Assembly: GCA_963798845.1 (NCBI GenBank)
Contig: CAWCUS010000001.1
Span: 704,001-768,000 of the forward strand
Origin: an uncultured Gemmatimonadales bacterium
GTDB taxonomy: Bacteria > Gemmatimonadota > Gemmatimonadetes > Longimicrobiales > RSA9
Direction of reading: 5' to 3'
Length of the DNA stretch: 64,000 nucleotides
Of this stretch, positions 47,370 to 59,818 are shown piece by piece (within the stretch, counting starts at the first letter, position 1; each line of letters begins with the position of its first letter). Position numbers and translations under genes: made by a program. The notes beneath the pieces were generated by a model. It was not told the DNA's origin and did not search any database. It saw only the letters and a program-made list of their open reading frames with translations.

Positions 47370-47522
47370 CTTCCGCCTCTCTCACCCGTGTCCGTGTCCG
47401 TCCGCCGTGCCCGGGTCCGGCGTTTGCCGGAGGTGGTGCCGAAGCTCTGAGGCTCCGGCCTGGTCCGGGAAGATCCTGACACGCCAGACGGAGCACGGGC
47501 ACGGACACGCAGAGCCGCGGCG

Positions 47523-50057
47523 CTACTCGCCCGGGTGGTAAACCCGCTCCGTGTGCCCCTTCAGCTGCGTCGGGTAAAAGTACACGTCGCGCAGGCTGCC
47601 CATGGCGTAGATGGCCGCCTCGTCGTCGAAATGGGGCGAATCGGGGTGCCCGCTCTCGCCACCGGCCGTCAACGCCCTCGCCCTAACGCTGTCGCCGAAC
47701 TCCACCACGGCCACGAAGCTGTTCCCGCTGGTGCCGTACCACTTCTTCGTGTCCGGGTACGGGCGGGCGCCGAACGACGCCAGCGAGCCCCACACCGCGG
47801 ACGTGAACGGGACAGGGATGCTGTGGGCGTCGTCGTCGAAATGGGGCCCGATGTCGGGGGAGATGCGCTGGAAGCGGTTGATGTGCCCCCACGGCGTCTC
47901 CCACGCGCCGAAGTCTGCGTCGAGCCGGTCCACGGCATCGGAGAGCGACGACAGCAGCAGCGACGCTGGCGCCCGGTCGGCCACCCAGCGCGGCGGCGAC
48001 ATGGAGTCCGGGCGGTCCGTGGCCCGGTACGCTTCGCGCAGCATGGCGGTGCCCCAGAACACCGCGAGCGACGTGGGCACGGAGCTCACGCCCCAGCGGT
48101 GGTCCCACTGGCGCAGCCGCGCGATCGGACCGGCGAGCTTCGCGCGCAGCGTGTCGTCGGCGGGGAGCGCGTCGTACGCCTTCAGCAGGGACGGGATCGT
48201 GACGGCGAACCAGGGCAGGAAGCTGTCGAAACCCAGCTCCGTGAGCGTCGCCCGGGTGAACGGGTCGTGGTCCGGGAGCAGCTTCAGCGCGTGCAGTCCG
48301 CGCGCGGTCTCGTAGCGACCGCGCTCCACGTACTCCGGGTAGTCCTCGCGCACCGGACTGTCCGGCCCCGCCGCGGACCACGGCCAGTTGTTGGAGTTGT
48401 AGACCCAGCCCACGTCCGGGTTGACGGCGTTGGGCGTCTCGTCGATGGAGAGGACGCCGTCGTACGAGGTCTTCGGGTCGTCGCCCGGGACCGGCTGGTT
48501 CCAGTCGAACGCCGTGTCGCGCCGGGGGATGTAGTTGGAGTGCAGATAGGCAATGTTGCCGGACGCGTCGGCATAGACGGTATTGTTCGACGCGTTCGTG
48601 TGCAGCTTCATGATGTCCAGGAACGCGTCCAGGTCCTTCGCCTTCGTGCGCGTGTACGACTGCGTCAGCGCGTCCACCGGGCTCCACATCAGGCTCACCG
48701 TCTGCCACTTGTCCCCGTTCCGGGCGACGACAGGCCCGTGCTGTGTGTAGTAGACCGTGAACCTGCGCTCGGCCGTGGAGCCGTCGCCGGCCCGGTACTG
48801 GATGGTCACCGGCTTCGTCGCCATGGGCAGGTCGCGGCCGCCGTAGCGGTGGAACATCCGCCCGCCCTTCTCCACCACGGTCTCGTCGAACCAGTCAATG
48901 TTGTCCACCCCGCTCGACGTGTGCATCCACCCGGCCGTGCGGTTGAAGCCCTGGTAGATGAAGAACTGCCCCCACGTCACCGCGCCGTACGCGTCCAGCC
49001 CCTCGTCGCTCGTCATCTGGAGCTCGCTCCGGAAGTAGAACGACGTGTGCGGATTGATGAAGAGCAGCGCGTGGCCGTCCAGCGTCTTCTTCGGCGCGAT
49101 GGCGAACCCGTTCGACCCCCGCGGCTCCCCGTCCGCGGCCCTTTGCTCCTGCTGCTCGAGGTAGGCGACGAGCGCTGAGGCCGGCGACGCGGCCCGGGCT
49201 GGCTGCGCGGGCCCCGCGGCGTTCGCGGCCGCCACGGCGTTCGCGGGCCCGACGGCGTTCGCGGGCGCGACGGCGTTCGCGGCCGCCGACGGCGTTCGCG
49301 GGCCGCGACGGCGTTCGGGGCCCCGGCGGCGTTCGCGGCCGCGACGGCGTTCGCGGGCCCCGGCGGCGTTCGCGGCCGCGACGGCGTTCGCGGGCGCGAC
49401 GGCGTTCGCGGACCCGGTCGTCCGCTGGCCACCGGGGGCGGCCGAGCCCGTCGTCGCCTGGCTGCCGTAGAAGTCCTCGAGGCCCCGGAGGTCGATGCGC
49501 TCAATGTCGCCGCCGATGCTCCCCTCCGTGAACGAGAGCGCCATCCACGGCTCGTAGCGCTGGATGGTGGTGCGGTCCGCGTCGGGGTGCTTGTAGAGAT
49601 AGAAGTTCAGCCCGTCCGCGAACGCGTCCATGAGCTTCTTGAGCGACGCGGGGCTTCTCGCGTACATGGCCTTCAGCGAGTCCGGGTCGGCGTACATGCG
49701 CGACCGCAGGTCGAGCCAGATCCCGTCCTCGCCCGTGGCCAGGGCGGTGCGGCCAAGCGCGAATGCGTAGTTGGCCTCGATGCGCGGGTAGTCGTCCTCT
49801 GCCTGGGCGTACTCCATGCCGAACACCGCGTCGGCGTCGGTGGAGGCGCGCACGTGGGCGATGCCCCAGTCGTCGCGCGTGATGGTGACGCGGGCGGCCC
49901 TGGCCTCCCAGCGCGCGGTCTCCTCCGGAGACGGAGCGGCGGCTCGGGCGCTCGACGATGATGCCGCGCCCGCCTGGGCCCGGGCGGGGGGTGGTGCGGC
50001 CAGACTCGAGAGGGCCAGGGTCGCGGCGGCCACCACGGCCGGGATGAGCTTCTTCAT
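47523..50057 (-). CDS. Penicillin acylase family (S45) Ntn-hydrolase
   Basis: Signal peptide; ITRDDWGIAHV, YAQAED, GSNGFAIAP..LFINPH, GNSFVAVVEF. Confidence 0.9.
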   Translation of the reverse strand: MKKLIPAVVAAATLALSSLAAPPPARAQAGAASSSSARAAAPSPEETARWEARAARVTITRDDWGIAHVRASTDADAVFGMEYAQAEDDYPRIEANYAFALGRTALATGEDGIWLDLRSRMYADPDSLKAMYARSPASLKKLMDAFADGLNFYLYKHPDADRTTIQRYEPWMALSFTEGSIGGDIERIDLRGLEDFYGSQATTGSAAPGGQRTTGSANAVAPANAVAAANAAGARERRRGRERRRGPERRRGPRTPSAAANAVAPANAVGPANAVAAANAAGPAQPARAASPASALVAYLEQQEQRAADGEPRGSNGFAIAPKKTLDGHALLFINPHTSFYFRSELQMTSDEGLDAYGAVTWGQFFIYQGFNRTAGWMHTSSGVDNIDWFDETVVEKGGRMFHRYGGRDLPMATKPVTIQYRAGDGSTAERRFTVYYTQHGPVVARNGDKWQTVSLMWSPVDALTQSYTRTKAKDLDAFLDIMKLHTNASNNTVYADASGNIAYLHSNYIPRRDTAFDWNQPVPGDDPKTSYDGVLSIDETPNAVNPDVGWVYNSNNWPWSAAGPDSPVREDYPEYVERGRYETARGLHALKLLPDHDPFTRATLTELGFDSFLPWFAVTIPSLLKAYDALPADDTLRAKLAGPIARLRQWDHRWGVSSVPTSLAVFWGTAMLREAYRATDRPDSMSPPRWVADRAPASLLLSSLSDAVDRLDADFGAWETPWGHINRFQRISPDIGPHFDDDAHSIPVPFTSAVWGSLASFGARPYPDTKKWYGTSGNSFVAVVEFGDSVRARALTAGGESGHPDSPHFDDEAAIYAMGSLRDVYFYPTQLKGHTERVYHPGE
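49211..49412 (-). repeat. Intragenic 18/19-nt tandem repeat, 11 copies
   Basis: CGGCGTTCG core at spacings 18,18,18,19,19,18,18,19,18,18. Confidence 0.9.
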
Positions 50058-50474
50058 GAACGGCTCCGGAAGGCGATTCGGCGTCAGGGTACGGCCTCGA
50101 TCCGACAGGACGATATGACGGCGCGACGGAGAGACGTCAAGGCGGAACGGCAATGGAGGCGGCAGGGGTCCCGTCGAGGGCCACGGGCGGCGCCGACTCC
50201 TGGAAACCCCCGCCCCCGCCACCACGGACCGGGTGCGGCGGTGGTTTTCGGCACATGGTACGGGAAACGCCCGAGGGGGTGAGGGCGCCGGAGCGGCCCC
50301 GGGCGTTTACCTGACTATTTGTGCACAACGCCCGTCCCGTCCCGGGAACCCGCGCGGCCGCGGGACTTGTTCGCACGCCGCCGCCCCGCCGCGGCCGCCA
50401 TGCTTGTAGACGGCGGACGCTGGCGTTAGCGTGGTTCCCGGCGAACCTCGCTGCACGCGTTACCGGAGGAATCC

Positions 50475-50888
50475 ATGCGCAACCGAGCGGCCGTCGCGGC
50501 GCTGGGGATGGCCGCGGTCCTGACGATCCTCGCCTGCGGCTCGGACAGCACCGGGCCGGACAACGGCGCGCCCAACGTCCCGGTGATCGGCAACGGGCCG
50601 AACGCGTTCGGGTTCGCCGTTCTCGCGGACGGGCTGACGCTCGACCGGACGTACCAACTTTCCTTCACGAGCGACTCCAGCAGCATCGGCCTGGCGGTGT
50701 CCGGCTACGGCGGCGGGGCGGGCACGTTCGAGCTGTTCGACGAGGCTCACGCGCTCCTTTTCGCCCGTCCCCTCAACGGCAACATCGCCGAGGGCCAGGC
50801 CGACGTTCGCGTCGGCCGACCGGCGGAGGTGCGGCTCCGTTTCACCGGCTACACGGGCAGCGTCGCCATAGGTGTCAACGGCGATTGA
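50475..50888 (+). CDS. Hypothetical lipoprotein
   Basis: GGAGG RBS; ILACGSDSTGP lipobox. Confidence 0.75.
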   Translation: MRNRAAVAALGMAAVLTILACGSDSTGPDNGAPNVPVIGNGPNAFGFAVLADGLTLDRTYQLSFTSDSSSIGLAVSGYGGGAGTFELFDEAHALLFARPLNGNIAEGQADVRVGRPAEVRLRFTGYTGSVAIGVNGD

Positions 50889-50894
50889 GACCGT

Positions 50895-53549
<2,655 letters not shown>

Positions 53550-53747
53550 GGGCTTTCCCCTGTCGACGGATCGGACGAGCGCGCCCGGCCACCACGCCGG
53601 GCAGAGGCCGGGTACCCCTTCCATGGGACGAAGGTTCGCCCTTCGGCCGCGGGTCTCCGCCGCCGGGGTGGGCGGCGAGCTCGGCGGCCGGGTCGGCGGC
53701 TGGCGATGCGGGCCGGCCCGATGCGCGGGCGGCGCTCGTCGCCCGGA

Positions 53748-55133
53748 TCAGAACCCGGCGGTGAGCAGCTGCGTGGCCACGCCTGCGGCGAAGCCCAGGA
53801 GGATGGCCCAGGTCCACCGGAGGTGGCCCATGAAGGTGTAGGTGTTCCGGGCCTGTCCCATGAGCGCGACGCCGGCCGCGCTGCCGACCGAGAAGAGGGA
53901 GCCGCCGATCCCGGCGGTGAGCGTCACCAGCAGCCACTGCCCCTCGTCCATCGTGGGGCTCATCTGGAGCACGGAGTACATGACCGGGATGTTGTCCACG
54001 ACGGACGAGAGGAGCCCGACTGTGACGTTCGCGGCCGTGGGCCCGAACGAGCCGTAGAGCCACTGGGAGGCGAGGGCGAGATAGCCCAGGGTCGCGAGGC
54101 CGCCCACGGCCATGATCACGCCGTAGAAGAACAGGAGCGTGTCCCATTCGGCGCGCTTCAGCAGCCGGAACACGTCGAAGCTCGCGTCGGCGGGTGCGCT
54201 CTCGAACAGCGAGAACGGTGAGCTCGGGTCGAAGAAGAAGCCGGAGCCGTTCCCCCTCGGCACGTCCCCTTTCCGACGGACTCCCCAGCCGAACACGTTC
54301 AGCACGGCCAGCCCCGTCATCATCCCGATCACCGGCGGCAGGTTCCAGGCATGTCGGGAGTAGACGGTCCCCGCCACGGTCAGGACGAAGAGGGCGACCA
54401 CCTCCAGCGCCCCCGGCTTGAGCGGCTCCCCGGCGGCGGACGTGGTCGGGCGCCCGGCGGGCACCGCCGTCTGCATGAGCAGCGCCGGGACGAGCCAGCT
54501 CACGAGGGCGGCCGGAAGGATGTGGAAGAAGTCTCCGAACGGGAGCATGCCGGCCTGCCAGACCATGAGCGTCGTCACGTCGCCGAAGGGGCTGAACGCG
54601 CCCCCCGCGTTGGCGGCGACCACCACGTTGACGAGGGCGGCCAGGAGGAACTTGGGCCGCTGGCCCGCCACGGCCACGACCACCGAGCCCACCACGAGGG
54701 CGGTGGTCATGTTGTCCACGATCGGGGACAGGACGAACGCGAGGGCGCCGGTGATCCAGAACACGGCGCGCAGCGACAGGCGACGGCGCAGCAGCCAGGC
54801 GCGGAGCGCCTCGAACACGTTCCGCTCCTCCATCGTGTTCACGAACGTCATCGCGACGAGGAGGAAGAGAAACAGCTCGCCGAAGTCCGTCAGCTGCCGC
54901 CGCACCGCCTCCGCCGCGGCGTCCGGATACCCGAGCACGGTGAACGCGTGTGCCACGAGCAGCCAGATGATGCCCGCGGCCAGCATCACCGGCTTGCTCT
55001 TCCGCAGCTGGAGCGGCTCCTCCAGCAGGACGAGAACGTAGGCGACGACGAAGATCCCGACCGCGACGAGACCCACCGGGCTCGCCACCAGGTCCATCTG
55101 CGGCCCCGTCAGCAGGGCGGACATGGCGAACAT
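53748..55133 (-). CDS. nhaD: NhaD family Na+/H+ antiporter
   Basis: LEEPLQLRKSKP, SPIVDNMTTAL, ANAGGAFSPFGDVTTLMVWQ, VDNIPV, GGSLFSVGSAAGVALMG. Confidence 0.9.
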   Translation of the reverse strand: MFAMSALLTGPQMDLVASPVGLVAVGIFVVAYVLVLLEEPLQLRKSKPVMLAAGIIWLLVAHAFTVLGYPDAAAEAVRRQLTDFGELFLFLLVAMTFVNTMEERNVFEALRAWLLRRRLSLRAVFWITGALAFVLSPIVDNMTTALVVGSVVVAVAGQRPKFLLAALVNVVVAANAGGAFSPFGDVTTLMVWQAGMLPFGDFFHILPAALVSWLVPALLMQTAVPAGRPTTSAAGEPLKPGALEVVALFVLTVAGTVYSRHAWNLPPVIGMMTGLAVLNVFGWGVRRKGDVPRGNGSGFFFDPSSPFSLFESAPADASFDVFRLLKRAEWDTLLFFYGVIMAVGGLATLGYLALASQWLYGSFGPTAANVTVGLLSSVVDNIPVMYSVLQMSPTMDEGQWLLVTLTAGIGGSLFSVGSAAGVALMGQARNTYTFMGHLRWTWAILLGFAAGVATQLLTAGF

Positions 55134-55399
55134 GCTGTTCTATTCCCGCAGACGGCGGCTCCGCGACCGGGCCGCCGCGCTTGGCTGCTATCCATTCCGA
55201 CCGCCGTCCGTTCGGCGGCGGGACAGAGGAAGATGGCGAGTCTGCCGCGAATGGAAAGGGCAGACGGTGTCCGACCTGCGCGGTGAGCCCGCCGCAATCA
55301 GGGTCGGCCGCCTCACGCCCGCGCTGGACGGTCCAGCAGGGTTCCTCTACCTTTTGGCCTCCAGGCCCACGGCAAACTACCTGTCAGAAAGGCGACGTC

Positions 55400-56974
55400 A
55401 TGAGAAAGGCCGGTACGCCCGCGCTCCTCCTCGCGGCGCTCATGGTTCCTGCGGGCGTTGCGGCCCAGCAGGGGCGGCCCGAAGTCCAGGTCCGTCACGA
55501 GAACGGCGCCGCTGCGAAGAAGGACGCGGACGTCAAGCCGGAGCAGGTGACCACGCAGCACTCGGCCACCATCGGCGGCCAGAAGATCGACTATGACGCC
55601 ACCGTCGGCGACATCATCCTCCGCGACGACGACGACAACCCGACCGCGGCGCTGTACTACACCGCCTACGTGCGGCGCGGAATCTCCGACACGAGCGGTC
55701 GGCCGCTGGTGTTCGCGTACAACGGCGGGCCGGGCAGCGCGTCGATCTGGGTGCACATGGGGGCGTTCGGGCCGAAGCGCGTGGCGGTGCCGGACACCAC
55801 CCACGCGCCGCCGCCGCCCTACCCGCTCGAGGACAACCAGTACAGCCTGCTGGACGTGGCCGACCTGGTGTTCATTGACCCGGTGGGCACCGGCTTCAGT
55901 CACCCGCTCGGCGACGCCACCGGGAAGGACTTCTGGGGTGTGGACGAGGACGCGCGCTCGCTGGCGCAGTTCGTCACGCGCTGGCTGAGCGAGAACGGGC
56001 GCTGGAACTCGCCGCGCTACCTCATTGGCGAGAGCTACGGCACCACGCGCTCCGCAACGCTCGGCAACCTGCTCCAGCAGCGGGAGAACGTGGATCTGAA
56101 CGGCATCGTGCTGGTCTCCGCCGTCCTGGACTTCAGCACGATCACGTTCCAGCCGGGGAACGAGATGCCGTACATCACGTACCTGCCTTCCTACGCGGCC
56201 GTGGCGTGGTATCACGACGTGCTGCCGGAGAAGCCGATCGAGCTGCGGCCGTACCTGGCGGAAGTGGAGCAGTTCGCCACGGGCGAGTACGCCCACGCCC
56301 TCCTCGCCGGCTCCGACCTGGACCCCGCGGAGCGGGGCCGCGTGCTGGACCAGCTGGCCAGGTACACGGGCCTGGACCGCGACTACCTGGACAGGGCGGA
56401 CCTGCGCGTGGACGCCAGCGAGTTCGAGAAGGAGCTCATGCGCGAGCACGGCCTCGTGGTCGGCCGCCTGGACGCCCGCTTCACCGGCCCCACCGGGGAC
56501 CTGCTCGCGGAACGCGCGCCGTACGACCCGCAGTCGTCCGCCATCAGCTCAGCCTACACGTCGCTCTTCAACGAGTACATGCACGATGAGCTCAAGTTCG
56601 GCCGGGACAGGGTCTACCAGGTGAGCGGGAACGTGCGCCCGTGGAACTGGACGCACGGCGCGACGCGCGGCTGGCCCGGCTACACCAACGTGGCGACGGA
56701 CCTGGCCCAGGCCATCACGCAGAACCCGAAGCTCCACGTCATGCTCGCTTCCGGGCTTTTCGACCTGGCGACGCCGTACTTCGCCGCCGAGTACACCATG
56801 GACCACCTCGGCCTCCCCGCGAACCTGCGCGGCAACATCCGCGAGGAGGAGTACGAGGCCGGGCACATGATGTACGTGAACCCGCAGTCGCTGGCCAAGC
56901 TGAAGACGGACATCGCCAGCTTCATCGCGCAGACCAGCCGCGCGCCGGCAGCCGTCGCGGCAGGGGCGAGGTAG
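55400..56974 (+). CDS. S10 family serine carboxypeptidase
   Basis: AYNGGPGSAS, FIDPVGTGFS, GESYGT, DLATPY, YEAGHMMY. Confidence 0.92.
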   Translation: MRKAGTPALLLAALMVPAGVAAQQGRPEVQVRHENGAAAKKDADVKPEQVTTQHSATIGGQKIDYDATVGDIILRDDDDNPTAALYYTAYVRRGISDTSGRPLVFAYNGGPGSASIWVHMGAFGPKRVAVPDTTHAPPPPYPLEDNQYSLLDVADLVFIDPVGTGFSHPLGDATGKDFWGVDEDARSLAQFVTRWLSENGRWNSPRYLIGESYGTTRSATLGNLLQQRENVDLNGIVLVSAVLDFSTITFQPGNEMPYITYLPSYAAVAWYHDVLPEKPIELRPYLAEVEQFATGEYAHALLAGSDLDPAERGRVLDQLARYTGLDRDYLDRADLRVDASEFEKELMREHGLVVGRLDARFTGPTGDLLAERAPYDPQSSAISSAYTSLFNEYMHDELKFGRDRVYQVSGNVRPWNWTHGATRGWPGYTNVATDLAQAITQNPKLHVMLASGLFDLATPYFAAEYTMDHLGLPANLRGNIREEEYEAGHMMYVNPQSLAKLKTDIASFIAQTSRAPAAVAAGAR

Positions 56975-57232
56975 GACCCGGCCGGGACCCGGCGGGCACC
57001 GGGTGCCCGGCCGGAGTCCGGGTCTCCAGGCGCGCAGGCGGGGCCGGCGCGCTGTCGCGGAACTGGGAAGGCTGCGTCCGGTCCCGGAGCGAACGGGTGG
57101 CGCTCCCGGGCCCTCACCAGTCGGCCCAAGCTGTTGCGGTGAAAGGACATCCGGTCGGCGTTCCGGGCAGGCACGCTCCTTCCCCTCAGTCCGATCCGTG
57201 ACCCTGTGCCCCTGACCCGGACCGAACGATCC

Positions 57233-59656
57233 ATGCTCACTGCCGTCTTCACCTCCCTCCGCGACGCCGCCCGCGGCCTGCGCCGCTCGCCGGGCTTCAC
57301 TGTGGTGGCCGTGCTCTCGCTCGCGCTGGGGATCGGCGCCGGGGCGTCCATCTTCTCGCTCGTGGATGCGCTGGTGCTGCGGCCCGTGCCCGGGGTGGCG
57401 GACCCGGCCAGGGTGGTGGAAGTGACTGGCGAATCGTTCACGTACCCGGCCACGCGCGACTACATCGACGCGGTCGGCTCGGCGAGGCTGACGGGGTTCG
57501 CTCCGCGCTGGGTGGCGCTGACCACGGGCGGGGAGGCGGAGCGGGTGGAAGTGGTGGCGGTCACCGGCGACTACTTCGGGGTCCTGGGCGTCCGCCCGGC
57601 CCGGGGCCGCGCGCTCGGGGCCGCGGACGACGAGCCGGGCGCCCCCCTCGCCATCGTGCTGTCGGATGCGGCGAGCCGGGAGCGGTTCGGCGGCGCTGCC
57701 GATGTGGTGGGGCGGACCGTGTCGCTGAACGGCCAGGCGTTCACCGTGGTCGGCGTGGCCCCGGCGGGGTTCCGGGGCACGCGGCTCGGCACGCGCCCGC
57801 TGGGATGGGTGTCGGTCCGGAGCTGGGCCCAGGTCAAGCGCGGCGCCTACGTGGGGCTGGACGTGGAGGGGCGGGGCTGGAGCTGGCTGCGGATCGCCGG
57901 CCGGCTGGCGCCGGACGCGGGGCCGGGCGCCGTCGCCGCCGAGATGGATGCAGTGGCCCGGCGCGAGATCGAGCGCTTCCCCGACGCCGTGCCCCCGACG
58001 CCGCCGGCGCTGCGCGTGGTCCCGATCGCGGCGGCCGCCGCGGGGCTGGACGGCAGCCGGGCGCTGAAGCGGTTCGGCGGCGTGCTGCTCGCGGCCGTCG
58101 GGCTGGCGCTCCTCATCGCGTGCGCCAACATCGCCAACCTCATGCTCGCCCGCGGCGCGCGCCGCCGACAGGAGCTGGCCGTGCGGCGGGCGCTGGGCGC
58201 GAGCCGCCGGGGGCTGGCGCTTCGTACGCTCACGGAGAGCTCGCTGCTGGCGGCCCTCGGCGTCGGCTTCGGCATCCTCCTGGCGACGTGGGGCGTCGCG
58301 CTGCTCGCGGCCCTCACCCTCCCCGGGGGCATCGACGTGGGCGCCCTCGGTGTGCACGTGAGCGCGCGCGTGGTGGCGGTGTCGGCAGCCATGGGCGCGA
58401 TCACCGCCCTGCTCTTCGGCTCCGTTCCCGCGCTGCGCAGCGGCTCCGCGCCGGCGGCGAGCGCCCTCGGCGCCCGCGGCGCCACCGGCGGAGCGCGGGG
58501 TGCGCGGACGAGGGGCGCCCTGGTGGCCACGCAGGTTGCGCTCTGCCTGGTCCTGCTGGCGGGGGCGGCGCTGCTCCTGCGCAGCCTGGGCGCGGCCATG
58601 CGCGAGGATCCGGGCTTCGACGCGCCGAGGCTCGGGGTCCTCGAGGTGGACCTGGGCAACTCCGGCTACACGCCCGAGCACGTGCGCGCCTACATGGACG
58701 CCGTGCGCGGCCGCGTCGCCAGCGATCCCGGCGTGGAGGCCACGGCGTGGATCTCCATCTCGCACCTGACCGCCGACGAGAACGTGGAGACGTTCACGCT
58801 CGACGCGCCGGGGGCGGCAGGCGCGCGCGACGTGCCGGCCACAGAGATGGGGCTGGTCGGTCCGGGGTACTTCCCCGCGAGCGGGACGGCGCTGCTGCGC
58901 GGGCGTGGCTTCGACGAGAACGCAACGGAGCCGGAGGCGGTGGTGAGCCGGGCGTTCGCCGAGCGCTTCTCGCCGGGCCGGGACCCGATCGGCCGGGCCG
59001 TCTTCATGGGACCGGGACGCGCGACCATCGTCGGCGAGGCGGAGGACGTGGCGCTGCACGGCCCCGGCACCGTGGTGGCTCCGTTCGCCTACCTCCACGT
59101 CCCAGACGCGACGCCCGGCGGCGTCGCCAGCCTCCTGGTGCGCACGCGCGGCCGCCCGGACCGCGTCCTCCCGGGCATCGTCCGCACCGCCGCGGACGTG
59201 GACGGGACGCTTCCGATCCGCGCCGTGTCGCTGGCCGAGCGGCTTCGTGACCTGCTCGCGCCGCAACGCGTGGCGGCCATCCTGTTCACGGTCTTCGGGC
59301 TCCTCACCCTGGCCCTGGCAACCACCGGCATCTACGGCGTCATCTCCTACGCCACAGCCCAGCGGAAGCAGGAGTTCGGCATCCGCGTCGCGCTCGGCGC
59401 CTCCACCCGCGCCGTCGCCGCCATGGTCGTGCGGCAGGGGATGCGCGCCGTCGCCGCCGGCGCAGCGGTCGGACTCGCCGGGGCCTGGGTCGCCGGCCGC
59501 ACGCTGCGGAGCCTCCTCTACGACGTCGCCCCCTCCGACCCGCTGGCCCTCGGCGCCGCCGTCGCCCTCCTGGCCCTGGCCGCCATCGCCGCCCTCCTGG
59601 TGCCCGCCATCCGCGCCGCCGCCGCCGATCCCGCCGCCGCGCTCCGAGAGGAGTAG
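57233..59656 (+). CDS. ADOP family duplicated permease (MacB-PCD/FtsX)
   Basis: [53 protein letters not shown]. Confidence 0.9.
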   Translation: MLTAVFTSLRDAARGLRRSPGFTVVAVLSLALGIGAGASIFSLVDALVLRPVPGVADPARVVEVTGESFTYPATRDYIDAVGSARLTGFAPRWVALTTGGEAERVEVVAVTGDYFGVLGVRPARGRALGAADDEPGAPLAIVLSDAASRERFGGAADVVGRTVSLNGQAFTVVGVAPAGFRGTRLGTRPLGWVSVRSWAQVKRGAYVGLDVEGRGWSWLRIAGRLAPDAGPGAVAAEMDAVARREIERFPDAVPPTPPALRVVPIAAAAAGLDGSRALKRFGGVLLAAVGLALLIACANIANLMLARGARRRQELAVRRALGASRRGLALRTLTESSLLAALGVGFGILLATWGVALLAALTLPGGIDVGALGVHVSARVVAVSAAMGAITALLFGSVPALRSGSAPAASALGARGATGGARGARTRGALVATQVALCLVLLAGAALLLRSLGAAMREDPGFDAPRLGVLEVDLGNSGYTPEHVRAYMDAVRGRVASDPGVEATAWISISHLTADENVETFTLDAPGAAGARDVPATEMGLVGPGYFPASGTALLRGRGFDENATEPEAVVSRAFAERFSPGRDPIGRAVFMGPGRATIVGEAEDVALHGPGTVVAPFAYLHVPDATPGGVASLLVRTRGRPDRVLPGIVRTAADVDGTLPIRAVSLAERLRDLLAPQRVAAILFTVFGLLTLALATTGIYGVISYATAQRKQEFGIRVALGASTRAVAAMVVRQGMRAVAAGAAVGLAGAWVAGRTLRSLLYDVAPSDPLALGAAVALLALAAIAALLVPAIRAAAADPAAALREE

Positions 59657-59818
59657 CCAGCCCCTACCGTCGGACTGGCGGCACCCGCCTTCACGTCCTG
59701 CGTTCCTCGGCCACGTTCTCGCCGGGCACCTCGGGCCCATCCTGCGGCCTTCTTTGCGCGCCTCCCCCTTCCGCCCCCATACTCCCGGGACAACGCCAGA
59801 AACCCCTGGAGGCACCCC

